Shown here piece after piece: positions 34,554-46,484 of a DNA stretch of 64,000 nt (position 1 is its first letter; every line of letters begins with the position of its first letter). The notes beneath the pieces are model-generated. The model was not told where the DNA came from. It did not search any database and saw only the letters and a list, made by a program, of their open reading frames with translations. The DNA comes from the human T2T-CHM13v2.0 reference genome, Homo sapiens, in assembly GCF_009914755.1 (NCBI RefSeq), contig NC_060935.1. One strand, written 5' to 3'. The translations under genes were made by a program, and so were the position numbers.

Positions 34554-35797
34554 CTTTGTGGTTTTTATCTACTTTTGGTCTTTGATGATGGTGATGTACA
34601 GATGGGTTTTTGGTGTGGATGTCCTTTCTGTTTGTTAGCTTTCCTTCTAACAGACAGGACCCTCAGCTGCAGGTCTGTTGGAGTACCCTGCCGTGTGAGG
34701 TGTCAGTGTGCCCCTGCTGGGGGGTGCCTCCCAGTTAGGCTGCTCGGGGGTCAGGGGTCAGGGACCCACTTGAGGAGGCAGTCTGCCCGTTCTCAGATCT
34801 CCAGCTGCGTGCTGGGAGAACCACTGCTCTCTTCAAAGCTGTCAGACAGGGACATTTAAGTCTGCAGAGGTTCCTGCTGTCTTTTTGTTTGTCTGTGCCC
34901 TGCCCCCAGAAGTGGAGCCTACAAAGGCAGGCAGGCCTCCTTGAGCTGTGGTGGGCTCCACCCAGTTCGAGCTTCCTGGCTGCTTTGTTTACCTAATCAA
35001 GCCTGGGCAATGGCGGGCACCCCTCCCCCAGCCTAACTGCCGCCTTGCAGTTTGATCTCAGACTGCTGTGCTAGCAATCAGTGAGACTCTGTGGGCATAG
35101 GACCCTCCGAGCCAGGTGCGGGATATAATCTCGTGATGCGCCGTTTTTTAAGCCCGTCGGAAAAGCGCAGTATTAGGGTGGGAGTGACCCGATTTTCCAG
35201 GTGCCGTCTGTCACCCCTTTCTTTGACTCAGAAAGGGAACTCCCTGACCCCTTGCGCTTCCCAAGTGAGGCAATGCCTCGCCCTGCTTCGGCTCGTGCAC
35301 GGTGTGCACACCCACTGACCTGCGCCCACTGTCTGGCACTCCCTAGTGAGATGAACCTGGTACCTCAGATGGAAATGCAGAAATCACCCGTCTTCTGCGT
35401 CGCTCACACTGAGAGCTGTAGACCCGGAGCTGTTCCTATTCGGCCATCTTGGCTCCTCTGATGGAATAGTTTCATCCCAAAATCATCCCCCCCGGTCTGT
35501 GGAAAATTGTCTTCCACAAAACCAGTCGTTGGTGCCAAAAAGGTTGGGACTGCTGTTTCTGGATATTCCATTTTGTATTACAGTTATTTGTGTATGTCTT
35601 GTTCCCCACTGACCATTTACAACTGATTCTATCCCAACACTTGTACACATACACGCAACACACAAATGCATGCAACACACACTTTTCGAGGGTACCTAGG
35701 ACAGGGCTTAAATTAATAAATATTTGCTGAATGGAATGAAAGGGGATATGTTTTTTTGAAGGCGAAGATTCCACTTAATTCTTCGTAAAATTTAGGC

Positions 35798-35939
35798 TTT
35801 TTTTTTTTTTAAGTGATTTTTGTAGAGACAGGGTTTCACTATGTTGCCCAGGCTAGTCTTGAACTCCTGGCCTCAAGTTATTCTCCTAACTCAGCCTTCT
35901 GAAGTGTGGGATTACAGGCATGAGCCACCGTGCATAGCC
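35798..35939 (-). mobile_element. FLAM/Alu left monomer
   Basis: Monomeric antisense Alu with TSD AAAATT(T/C)AGGCTTT. Confidence 0.85.
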
Positions 35940-37469
35940 AAAATTCAGGCTTTCTATGCCCATGATACAAGAAGTAGTAGCTCATGTTTTAGGGGCTGGT
36001 AGTATACAAGAAAATTTGAAACAGAATTTTGACAAATGTGAATGTATGCAGGGAATGAAGCTAATATATCCCTTCATTCTTATATCCCAATAAGTAAACA
36101 GAACTGGAGCCTTTAGTTATTATTATGAACATGTGGCCAGAGAAACTTACTGCACTGTGTACCTCTGGAAGAGTAAAGAGCTTGAGAGTGAGATTGATGA
36201 AGGATGAAGAAATTTTGATTGTTAGAGAAACTTGGAGCCCACAGTTTATTTTGAAACCATTTTTAGTAAAGATTTAGTCAGGTTCATTCCTATGAAGGTT
36301 TAGAAATGTCTGGTCTATTTTATAGCACAATAAAACCTCATGGTTTCCTGGTTGGCTGGTATTTGTTTAAAGAGAGTGGCTTGCTGGTCTGGACAACATT
36401 TGAGAAGCTATAATGAGAGGAAATCTGATGTAAACCGTTTCACCTGTAAAAAGGAGGGTCTCTAAGGAATAAAATCAGCCATAGCCATGAAGTTTACTGG
36501 TTAAAGAGCCATAGTTTTGATTTGTTTAAAGTGTTGTTCATGTTAGAGTGGATGTTAGTGATCCTTTCAAACATGATTACACATCCCAAAATACAGCATT
36601 AAAATCTTGAATTTATATAAGGTTTCTTGTTATTTTTCACAGTTTGCACTTACATTTAATATAGTTACCAAAGCACCAGACCATGCTAGAGAGTTGTCAC
36701 TGGGAACAGTCCAAGCATAATTCTAGTGAAGATTGATGTTAGGTTAAGAACTGGAGCGCTGCAGTTAATCCTGGTTATTTAGCAGGAAAATGACATAAAA
36801 TACTCTTGCTTTTGCCTGAATTATCTGACTAGACATTAATAAAATTCTGTAAATGTACAAGTCTTTATTTTGCTTTTCATTAGTAGATCTAGTTGTTTGT
36901 TTATTATTTCTGGAGCTGGTAAAAATATAGTGATTTTAAACAAAGAATGTTGAACAAGATCATTTCAATGATCTTACCATCGGAATCTTTTCAAAAGGGA
37001 GATTTCTCACTGACTTCAAAGGGGTAGGAGAAAAAAAGCAGAATAAGGTTGTATGACTCATTGAAGCCAGATAATAACTGTTTAGTTATTTTAACCTCTA
37101 AGAGCTATGCTAGACATTTATATTTGTTTCTGTATTATATAGAATCTGTAGCCTCACTGTCATATTTTTTACTCTCTTATTTGTAGGATAGCACTATGAA
37201 TACAAAATAAGTGTTGGTTTATCATATCTATTTCTAGAAATGTAGGGAAGACTGTAGGTAGTATACCATTAAGGGGAATCCATTATTTTAAACTTATTTT
37301 TTTTACACAGGAGAAAAGTTGGTATATGTGTACTTTATATTGTATCAATAAACTACTCAAATTTTCTTTTTACACTAAAACTAACAAAGAAATGATGAAA
37401 CTAAAGGTAAAGCTTTTTCCTGGCTAAACTTTCTAGAATGAAACTCTCTTTTCTTAATGTCAAAATAAG

Positions 37470-38812
37470 TGTTAATTCATTCCTCAATCCACTGCAATCT
37501 GGTTTCTGCCCCAACTGTGGCAACTGTTCCACATAAGGTTGACAATGAAACTTGTCATTGTCAGGTTTCATTGACACCCGTGGTTACTTTCCTGTCCTCA
37601 TCTTTTTAGAATGTGGTATTTTATGCTTTTTTGTCCCCCTTCTGGAAACTTCCTCATTTTGGTTTGTGACACCACTCCTGTCTGATTCTCTTTCTAGCTT
37701 TGCTACTTCCTTTTCAGTCATTCTTTTGAGCAATTCTTTAGTTCCTTGTCCCTTACATGTTTGTATTCCTGAGTTCAAAAACAAATCCTCTTCTCTTCTC
37801 ACACTATATACTCTCATAGGGGATATCTCTTTTTCTCCCAGGGTTCCACTTCTCCATATGTACTACAGGCTTCCAATCTATACCTCTAGCCCAGATTGTT
37901 TTCTTGAGCTTCAGACTCATACATCCAATGGCCAAGAAACATTCCCACTTGGATTCAATCTGTTCAAAAGGAAATCCATAATCTTTACTCTCAATTATTC
38001 CTCTAGTACTTCTTATCCTGTTCAATGGTTTCAAGATATTCTAGTCACCTAGGCTAGACCTGGGGAACCCTCTTCACAGTCTCCTTTTCTGCACATTCCA
38101 ATTCTATGGAACTGATCAGAAAGTTTTATAGCTGTTATTAATTCAATTAATTCTTCCTTTCCAAATGGTACTACTGCCATTGCCTTACAGAACTTTATCT
38201 TTCATTTGGCCAATTATAATGGTTTCTTAAACGATTTTCCTAGCTTTGGTCTTACATTCTTTCAAACTAACCTTCATTCAATACCAGCATTGGGTTTTGA
38301 AAAACAATTAAATACAATAAAAATTGATCATGGCTTCTCCCTCCTTTAAAACTTAACAGTTCCTTACCACCTACAGAATAAAGTCCAGGTTTCTCAGAAT
38401 GGCCTATAGGGATTCCCATGATTTGGCTTCCACCTATCTATCCAGTCTCATTTTCCCATTCCCATCTTCCCTCCCCCACAAATCATACCAATCTGTTTAA
38501 AGTTCCAGAAATGCCCATGATGTCTCATGCCTCCATGGCTTTGCAATACTGTTCTTTGTATGGAATACTCTCCCTCCTCCTTGTCCACCTGGGAAGCTCC
38601 TATTCTTCAATACCTAGGTTAGTATCTCTTCATCTGTGAACTACTCCATGTCCTATCACTGTACCTGGTAAGAACTCTGTTAGAGCATTTTGCACTGTAC
38701 TGCATTTGTTTACTTATTTTCTCCTTTACCAAACTGAGGACAGGGACCGTGTCTTATTCATATTTGTACCTTTAGTATCTGAGTAGCATCAAGTACATGC
38801 TGAATAAATGAA
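37470..38812 (+). mobile_element. L2 remnant
   Basis: CCACTGCAATCTGGTTTCTGCCCC at the start; 3' end GACAGGGACCGTGTCTTATTCAT...TGAATAAATGAAT. Confidence 0.75.
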
Positions 38813-39289
38813 TACATTTGCAAACATAAATCTTTTTTTGTCTTCCCTATGTTTAATGCTAATATGAATGAAATTGGTTACGGCTTAATTTTTTTTTTCT
38901 GTTTCTCCATGTTACAACATATAGGCCCTAAATCAACATCTTTTCTGCAGAATGAGATCTAAGATATGTAGGGCCATGAAATTAAGATAATATTATGTAT
39001 GCATTCCTTAAAATTTAATATATAAAACATTTCTGCATTTATAGTAATTAGAACAGAGGCATTAACATCCCTGTAGCATTTGCTTTTTGAAGAAAGAGAG
39101 CTATTTACTTGATTGTATAGTAAAAAGGCAGACTTAGTTGAATAAAATAATATTGAAAGTAAGGCTTAAAAAGAGTTGAACAGACAATATAATCTGGAGG
39201 TCTCCTTGGAAAAACTCAGAATTAACAGAGTCCTGTGAAGTCCTGAAGGGATGTGGGAGGATAAGGAAAAGGATAGATGTAAGAAAAAT

Positions 39290-39510
39290 AAACTAATTTA
39301 CATTTACTAAGCATCTACTCATTGTTAGTTACCTTACACGTGTAATTTAATTTAATCCACAGCAACTCTTTAAGAGGTAGACATTGTTATCCCCATTTCA
39401 CAGATGAGGTAGGTAACATGAGACTTTAAGTAACCTCCAAGGTCATGTAGCTACAAATGGTAACTAGATCAGAATGACGCTAAAGTTTCCTTCCTTCACA
39501 TCGTGCTACC
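39290..39510 (-). mobile_element. MIR
   Basis: CATTTACTAAGCATCTAC...ATCCCCATTTCACAGATGAGG. Confidence 0.7.
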
Positions 39511-39800
39511 TGGCCTTTCAAATGAAGTTCCCAGAGCTGCTGTGCTGCTGTGCGCAGCTTAGTAACACACACGAAGTCACATTATTTACTCCTATTTGCA
39601 ATGATAATATGTAGGTGTTTCACTTAGCAGTTAATAGTAATATAACTGCAATTTATTTCTAATTCCATGCTTAATAAAAATTTTTTAAGAAAAGAATAGT
39701 CTTACACTTTTTGATGATGCTAATGAACTAGATGAATCCTTTTGAGCTCCTCTTGCAAAACTGCATGAATACATTTTAAGTTGGCTTAGTGGAGAAACAC

Positions 39801-39912
<112 letters not shown>

Positions 39913-40949
39913 GTGCGCTCTGCTTGTTGGCTCCATTTGGAATCCAGAAATGACTGCTTTCTGGGGGAAAAGGCAGTTTGCTTTTGCTGCCTCCTGTAGA
40001 TTGCTTGGCCTGGCAGTTTGTCACTTTCCTGGGCAAGTATCCAGTTTGTGGTAGTGAGGTGGTTTTGTGGCAGAACTCCACAATTAACCACAAGTTCAGT
40101 GTCAACGGTAGGCTGCCACCGTCGTGGCTGTGATCCTTCAGATCTGCTGGGATAGCCAGAGCTGAAGAAACTCCTGCTTGTCTAGGGAGGGAACAAGAAA
40201 ACTTGGAAAGAGTCTGCATTGCTGTTTATTGTTCAAGTTTCAGTTTTTAGATTTATAATAAAAAATCCAGGAAATTTCTGGGTAAGCGTTATAGATTTAA
40301 TACTTTTACCAATTGTTATATTTTAAAAGTATAATAGTAAATTTGTGTCAGAGATACAATTGTTGCTCTGAAAACTTGAAACGGAAAGAGGAAAATTCTT
40401 AAAAGTACTAGAATATATGCTTTCACAGCCAAAGAATTCAGGTACTGTCACTTGAGTTAAAATAAAAAATGACCCACACATCTCTGAAACATTTATTTTA
40501 TGTTGAAAGTGAAATACGACATAAACATATGTGTAATTTTGTTTTTGTAAATCTAGGAAAAAGGGTTCTTTTAGTGATTTGGTGCAAATGAATGTTAAGA
40601 AAAATATTTTAAAATCACAATATGAAAAGTTTTTTCTATTATATTCTATTTTAAGAGTTTTCTATTAAAATTCATTGACTAATAAAGCCAAAAATCAAAG
40701 GAAATACAGTTAAAGTCTGATTTATTAAAATAGTTTTGAGAAATATCAACACACTTGAAAAATTCTGAGGACTTGCTGTAGGCTAAGTACTTGCTATAGG
40801 CATGAAGATTGAGCTAAGATTGAATAAGAGAGAATTCTTGTTTGAAGAATATATTGCAGAGCTAGCCATGTAAATAAGCAAATATGATAACAGAACATAA
40901 ACCTTTATGTAACAAATAATAACAAACTCCAGTTCCATTAGTAGGGCCA

Positions 40950-41380
40950 CACCATCTCTGTAGTCCCATCATACCTTACACTTAAGCCATAGGATACTTG
41001 AGTTATCCAAATGCACTATAGCTGAATTCCTCCAGATTTTTGCACTGCTTGCTTCCTTTGCCCAGATTATCTTTTCTACTTACTTTACTTAGGTAACTTA
41101 TATTCACCTTTTAATATCAAGCCTAGAAATCACTTTCTCTGAGTCCTCCAGAGCATTACTCCTTACCTGCTACTCCTACTGTAGTCTGGGCTCCTGAGAT
41201 CCCAGAGTACACTGAGGATTATTACCTCTGTATCACAGCTCCTGTTACAACGGGCTGTAATAGTCTTCTTACTGTCTTGCTTTCATTAGACTAAGGAACC
41301 ACATCTTCACCATTATATCTTTGTCATCTAGCACAGTGTCCAGCACACCGGGCACATAATAAATACTGAATGAATGAATG
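40950..41380 (+). mobile_element. L2 3' remnant
   Basis: Ends TCTAGCACAGTGTCCAGCACA...AATAAATACTGAATGAATGAATG. Confidence 0.7.
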
Positions 41381-42363
41381 CATTCATTAATGGAGATAGA
41401 TTAAATGCTGGTAGAGGGGGGATGGTACGTAGGAGAAGTAAAAGAAGTTAGGGAATATAATACAGAGTTGAAAGAGAGAGGTCGGGGGAAAGAGGAGAGA
41501 GATCAGAAGACAGCCATCTGGACAGATGCTGGGGAGAGAAAGAAGGAAGACTGTAAGAGAGAGAAATGGAACTAGAAGAATGAGAAACTGAGAACAAGCT
41601 GAAACAATTACACAGTGGGGGCACCCTAGAAGAAAATGATTTTCTTCTGTTTTAATAGTCCTAACACATTGTTCTCAACAGTTCTTAATCACATATTTAT
41701 TCTTTTGTGCTATTTAATAGTCTATGTGCAGACATTCTATCTCCCAGATAAAGCTGCAGCTCTGAGAAAACTCTGAAGGACCTGTTATAGTTTTAAAAAA
41801 TGTTCTAAATAGCATTTAGTACAAATCTCGGCATATAGTGGGCACTAAATAGCTACTTGTTGAAAAGAACTAAAAGAATGAGTCAAAATGAGGCTCAGAT
41901 TCTGAGATGAGTATTAGCTGGAAGGAACATAGGTATTGTTAACATACTTGGGCAACAGAGTCGCTACTGCACACAGAAAACAATGATCCTTTCTATGCTA
42001 GAGAAAAGCTTGTCCATTTTTGTTTTTAAATATAAGGTCGTAAATGTTAATTATTTAATTCTTTGAAAAACCTTATAAGGTTTTGCATGTATCTTCAGGG
42101 ATGACTCTAGTTTTATAAATTTGGAATCTCAATGATACTGGTTAATTTACTGCCTATTTCTGAGTTTCTTTGATATTTAAAATGTGTCAGACCACTTTAT
42201 CCTGAGAAATTAGAAAAAAAGAAATACCCAGGGGCTTGCATTGTCCTAAAATGACTTGGGAGCAGGGTGGTAACAGCCAGGATCCCATGTCATGGTAAAC
42301 CAGGAGAGTGGAGAGATCCACTAAGGAGTGGAGAGATGATGGGTCAAAACGTGAGGGAAGGCA

Positions 42364-42492
42364 CCTAATGTAGATGACGCCTTGATGGGTGCAGCAAACC
42401 ACCACGGCACGTGTATACCTATGTAACAAACCTGTACGTTCTGCACATGTATCCCAGAACTTAAAGTATAATAATAATTAAAAAAAAAAAAG
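42364..42492 (+). mobile_element. Severely 5'-truncated L1PA 3' end (~130 bp)
   Basis: L1 3' terminal sequence plus A tail, with exact TSD ACGTGAGGGAAGGCA (42349-42363, 42493-42507). Confidence 0.93.
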
Positions 42493-44395
42493 ACGTGAGG
42501 GAAGGCAAAGTCAGGTAAAATAAGGATGGGGTAAAGTGCTGGGAAAAGTCAAAGGTATACTGTGACTTCAGTTTTTTTCATGACAGATAATGGTCATAAA
42601 TTCTTGAACCTAAAGAACTAAGTAATTTTATTGGTTGTTTAAGTTTGGCAAGGGAATAATTAAATAATCTGACCTCTAAGAAATGTGGCCTAGTAATAAT
42701 CTTTGACAAAGACTGTAAACAGAGAAGGGAGTTACTATAAACATAGCTAGCTCATTCTTTTTGTGCATATTTTTAGTTAAGTAAACTTCTGATGGTCTTT
42801 GGTCACGTCCTTACACTTTATTTTAGAATTCTCTCACGTGCTAGGTTGGCCTTCAGAGGGATGCACTCCGACTATGGGTTATTGAAAGAGTTGGGCTTGT
42901 AGCCTTATAAAAACCTGAATGACAGCTAAAAGGCGGCTAGAGAATCTTGAAGACGATTTTGTGAAGAGGGCTTTGGATTTTATTTTTCAGAAAACAGTCA
43001 TTTGACACAATCCCTTTATTTTTACTTGTCAACACTGAGACTTTGGTTTAGTTTGGTAGTATAAATAATATAAAAGGTTGCTCTTGGCTCTTGCTCTTAT
43101 TATATTATTGGCAACCTGAAAGGTGAGTCTTAAGGATGCCTATGTATTTTTGGCATACAGAAATCAGAGCTTTTTAAGACTAGAAAGGATTTCAAAGGTT
43201 ATCTAAATTAATTGCTTCATTTCACATTTGAGAAGAACAAGGCCAGTAAAAGTTATAGGATTGCTTAATGGCAGAGTATGAATGGCTAGGCCCAGACAAA
43301 AACTCACAAAACTGGATTTCTACTCCCTACCGTTTCCATGATCACGTGCCAATCCTACTTTAGATGATAACTTCAGATTAAATGCCCACACACATACACG
43401 CACATGCACACACACACACCTGTTAATCTGAATTTGTTCTAATTTTCAAATCAATTTATTATTTCCTATGGAATTTATAACGGGAATTTCAATAATGCTG
43501 GTGCTAGTTTTGTCACGCCCTTCTGTACAAACTCAAAATGTATCCATTTTTTACTTTAATCTTCAACTGGTGGTAATGAGTTCTATGCACATCATATAAA
43601 AAATACATTTGCTGAGTTTTGCTGAAATGAGCATTTTTTTTCTTGTCATGGGGATAAAATGACCTTTTGAATTTTTATCTTTTAGGACAAGCATTTGGGT
43701 AATACATTAGAAAAGGAAAAGCAAAGGAAAGGGAATTCTGGAACTTTTTCATTTTGGTTAAATTCTTGTGCTAATTTCTTAGTGCCTTTTGCTATGCATG
43801 TGAACTATGACCATATACGAAAATGGTCTGTTTTAGGTCATGACTGTGGGCAGAGATTAATTGGTGAAAAATGGGCCTGTTTGTGGGATTTACCACACAG
43901 TAAGGTTTCTCATCTGCCTGGAAAAATGTGGAATTAGCTCTTTGAGAAATGCAGTCCGGTCATGAGGTTGAAGCGAGAGCTTAGGGAGGGAAACACAGTT
44001 CACTCTCTAAGGCAGTTATGATTGGTTAGATTCCAGAGCAGTCCCTTTGGTGTAGTAAAGTTCTTTTCTTCTCGCTTTCAGGTCTGTGTTTCCTAATGTT
44101 GCTAGTTTCACCAGTACTTCACAGATAGCATCTTATTCGGCTTCCTTCAAGGCCTGCTGATCCAAACTGGGGAGTGGTCTTGGAGAGGATTCCTAGTTCT
44201 CTCCGCTCCCCCATCTAGAAAGTGCTGTTACAGTGAAAAAGCCTTCAATTTGCAAAGACCAATTGCGACAGCAAATCTGTGCTGTGTGGAAGGGGATACA
44301 AGTTGTGAACCGGCGGATATGTATGACAAGGGTACAAAATGGAAGGCGAGACGTTAGTTCTTCGCCTGTGAAGATGGTTCTTGAGCAACACTCAA

Positions 44396-44442
44396 GAACG
44401 TGCACGTGGAGTGCTACTAGAGTGCACTCCACGTGCACGTTC
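44396..44442. repeat. Perfect 19-bp inverted repeat containing two CACGTG E-boxes and two CACGTT/AACGTG sites
   Basis: GAACGTGCACGTGGAGTGC (44396-44414) is the exact reverse complement of GCACTCCACGTGCACGTTC (44424-44442), with a 9-nt spacer. Confidence 0.95.
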
Positions 44443-44749
44443 CTCCCTAAGAGCCACTGCAAGGATCCTGGGCCTGCTGCGTGGCCCAAGAATCCACGTT
44501 GCTTCTGAGGCTAGATCTAGCCACAGCGATTAGGGTTTCTTCGCCATGGCCTTGGTGGTGGCTGGCCCTAAACTGGTCACAGTCTGAAGACCCACCCTGA
44601 AAGGGACTAAGGTTAGAGACAGCGCCCCTCCCCTCCCACCCTTAGCTCAGCATCCCCACTAAGCACACCCCTTGGGGACCACAAACGCCCTCTTTCCCGA
44701 AGACCCCAGTAGTGACCTGTGGGATTCTGGCTGGGTGTCCGTGACTTAC

Positions 44750-44940
44750 CCTCAAAGAGAACCTGCACGCCTGGGGTCCCAGGATGGCTGGCTTGCCCCT
44801 CCCGTCCGAAGATGACCTCGTCCTTCTCTTTCAGTCCCGGTGGGTCTTCGGACTGCCGCCGCCGCGCTTTCCTCGGCCTGGGCACGCTGGGTCGGCGTGG
44901 TCCCGGCTCGCGTCCCTGTTGGGCGGCCGCGGCGCGGGTG
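44750..44940 (-). other. PSMA1: PSMA1 long-isoform non-coding exon 1 (5' boundary approximate)
   Basis: Consensus donor AGG|gtaagt on the minus strand at 44750/44749, at the edge of the CpG island. This fits recalled annotation that the long PSMA1 transcript starts head-to-head with PDE3B. The TSS cannot be read from sequence. Confidence 0.7.
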
Positions 44941-45184
44941 GCGGCGGGACAAGTCGTGAGCGCGCGCTGGGCGCGCGCCCGGCCGGGGCAGTCGCGGGGG
45001 AGGAGCGCCCGCCCGCCGCTCGCGCGCCCAACGGACCAGGCTGGGGCCGTGAGGTAACTGTTGCAGCCAGCGGAGGTGGGAGGCGACACTGAGTCTCCAG
45101 TCCCGAGAGGTGCCCGAGGGAAAAGGAGGCGGCAGCTAAACTGGTCCTGGAGAGAAGCCCCTTCCGCCCCTCTCCTCAGCCAGC

Positions 45185-45256
45185 ATGTCCCGGACTCCGC
45201 CGCTCCTCAGTCCGCGCGGTGGGGACCCCGGGCCGTGGCGGCCGGCGCAGCCCTGA
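45185..45256 (+). other. Upstream ORF (23 aa, MSRTPPLLSPRGGDPGPWRPAQP*) in the presumptive PDE3B 5'UTR
   Basis: agcATGt has A at -3, and TGA lies at 45254-45256. It is a uORF only if the TSS is upstream of 45185. Confidence 0.55.
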
Positions 45257-45343
45257 CGGGTTGCGAACCAGGGGGCGCCCCGAACGCGGGGGTTGGGGTC
45301 TGGGAGCGCGAGCGGCCGCTACGGTACGAGCGGGGTGTGCTGA

Positions 45344-46354
<1,011 letters not shown>

Positions 46355-46471
46355 TAGCTGGAAGGCGAGGTCTGGGACGCGAGCGGGTTCGGGTTTACCG
46401 CTGCAGTTTCCGAGTTGAATTCGCTTATTTCAAAGCATGTTAACTTTCAGAATGGAAAAAGGGTGTGTTGC

Positions 46472-46484
46472 GGGGGGGGGGGGG
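46472..46484 (+). repeat. G13 homopolymer
   Basis: Directly visible, 123 nt downstream of the PDE3B exon 1 donor. Confidence 0.95.

Noticed and set aside
35010-35318. Intact L1 ORF0 (ORF-track 35091-35318 and 62493-62990 contain ORF0-like peptide)
   Set aside because: ORF0 is stopped at codon 9 in both elements. The listed ORFs start at non-ATG codons downstream.
37552-38052. 166-aa hydrophobic ORF
   Set aside because: TTG start, lies in a pyrimidine-rich L2 remnant, and shows no recognisable protein or exon structure.
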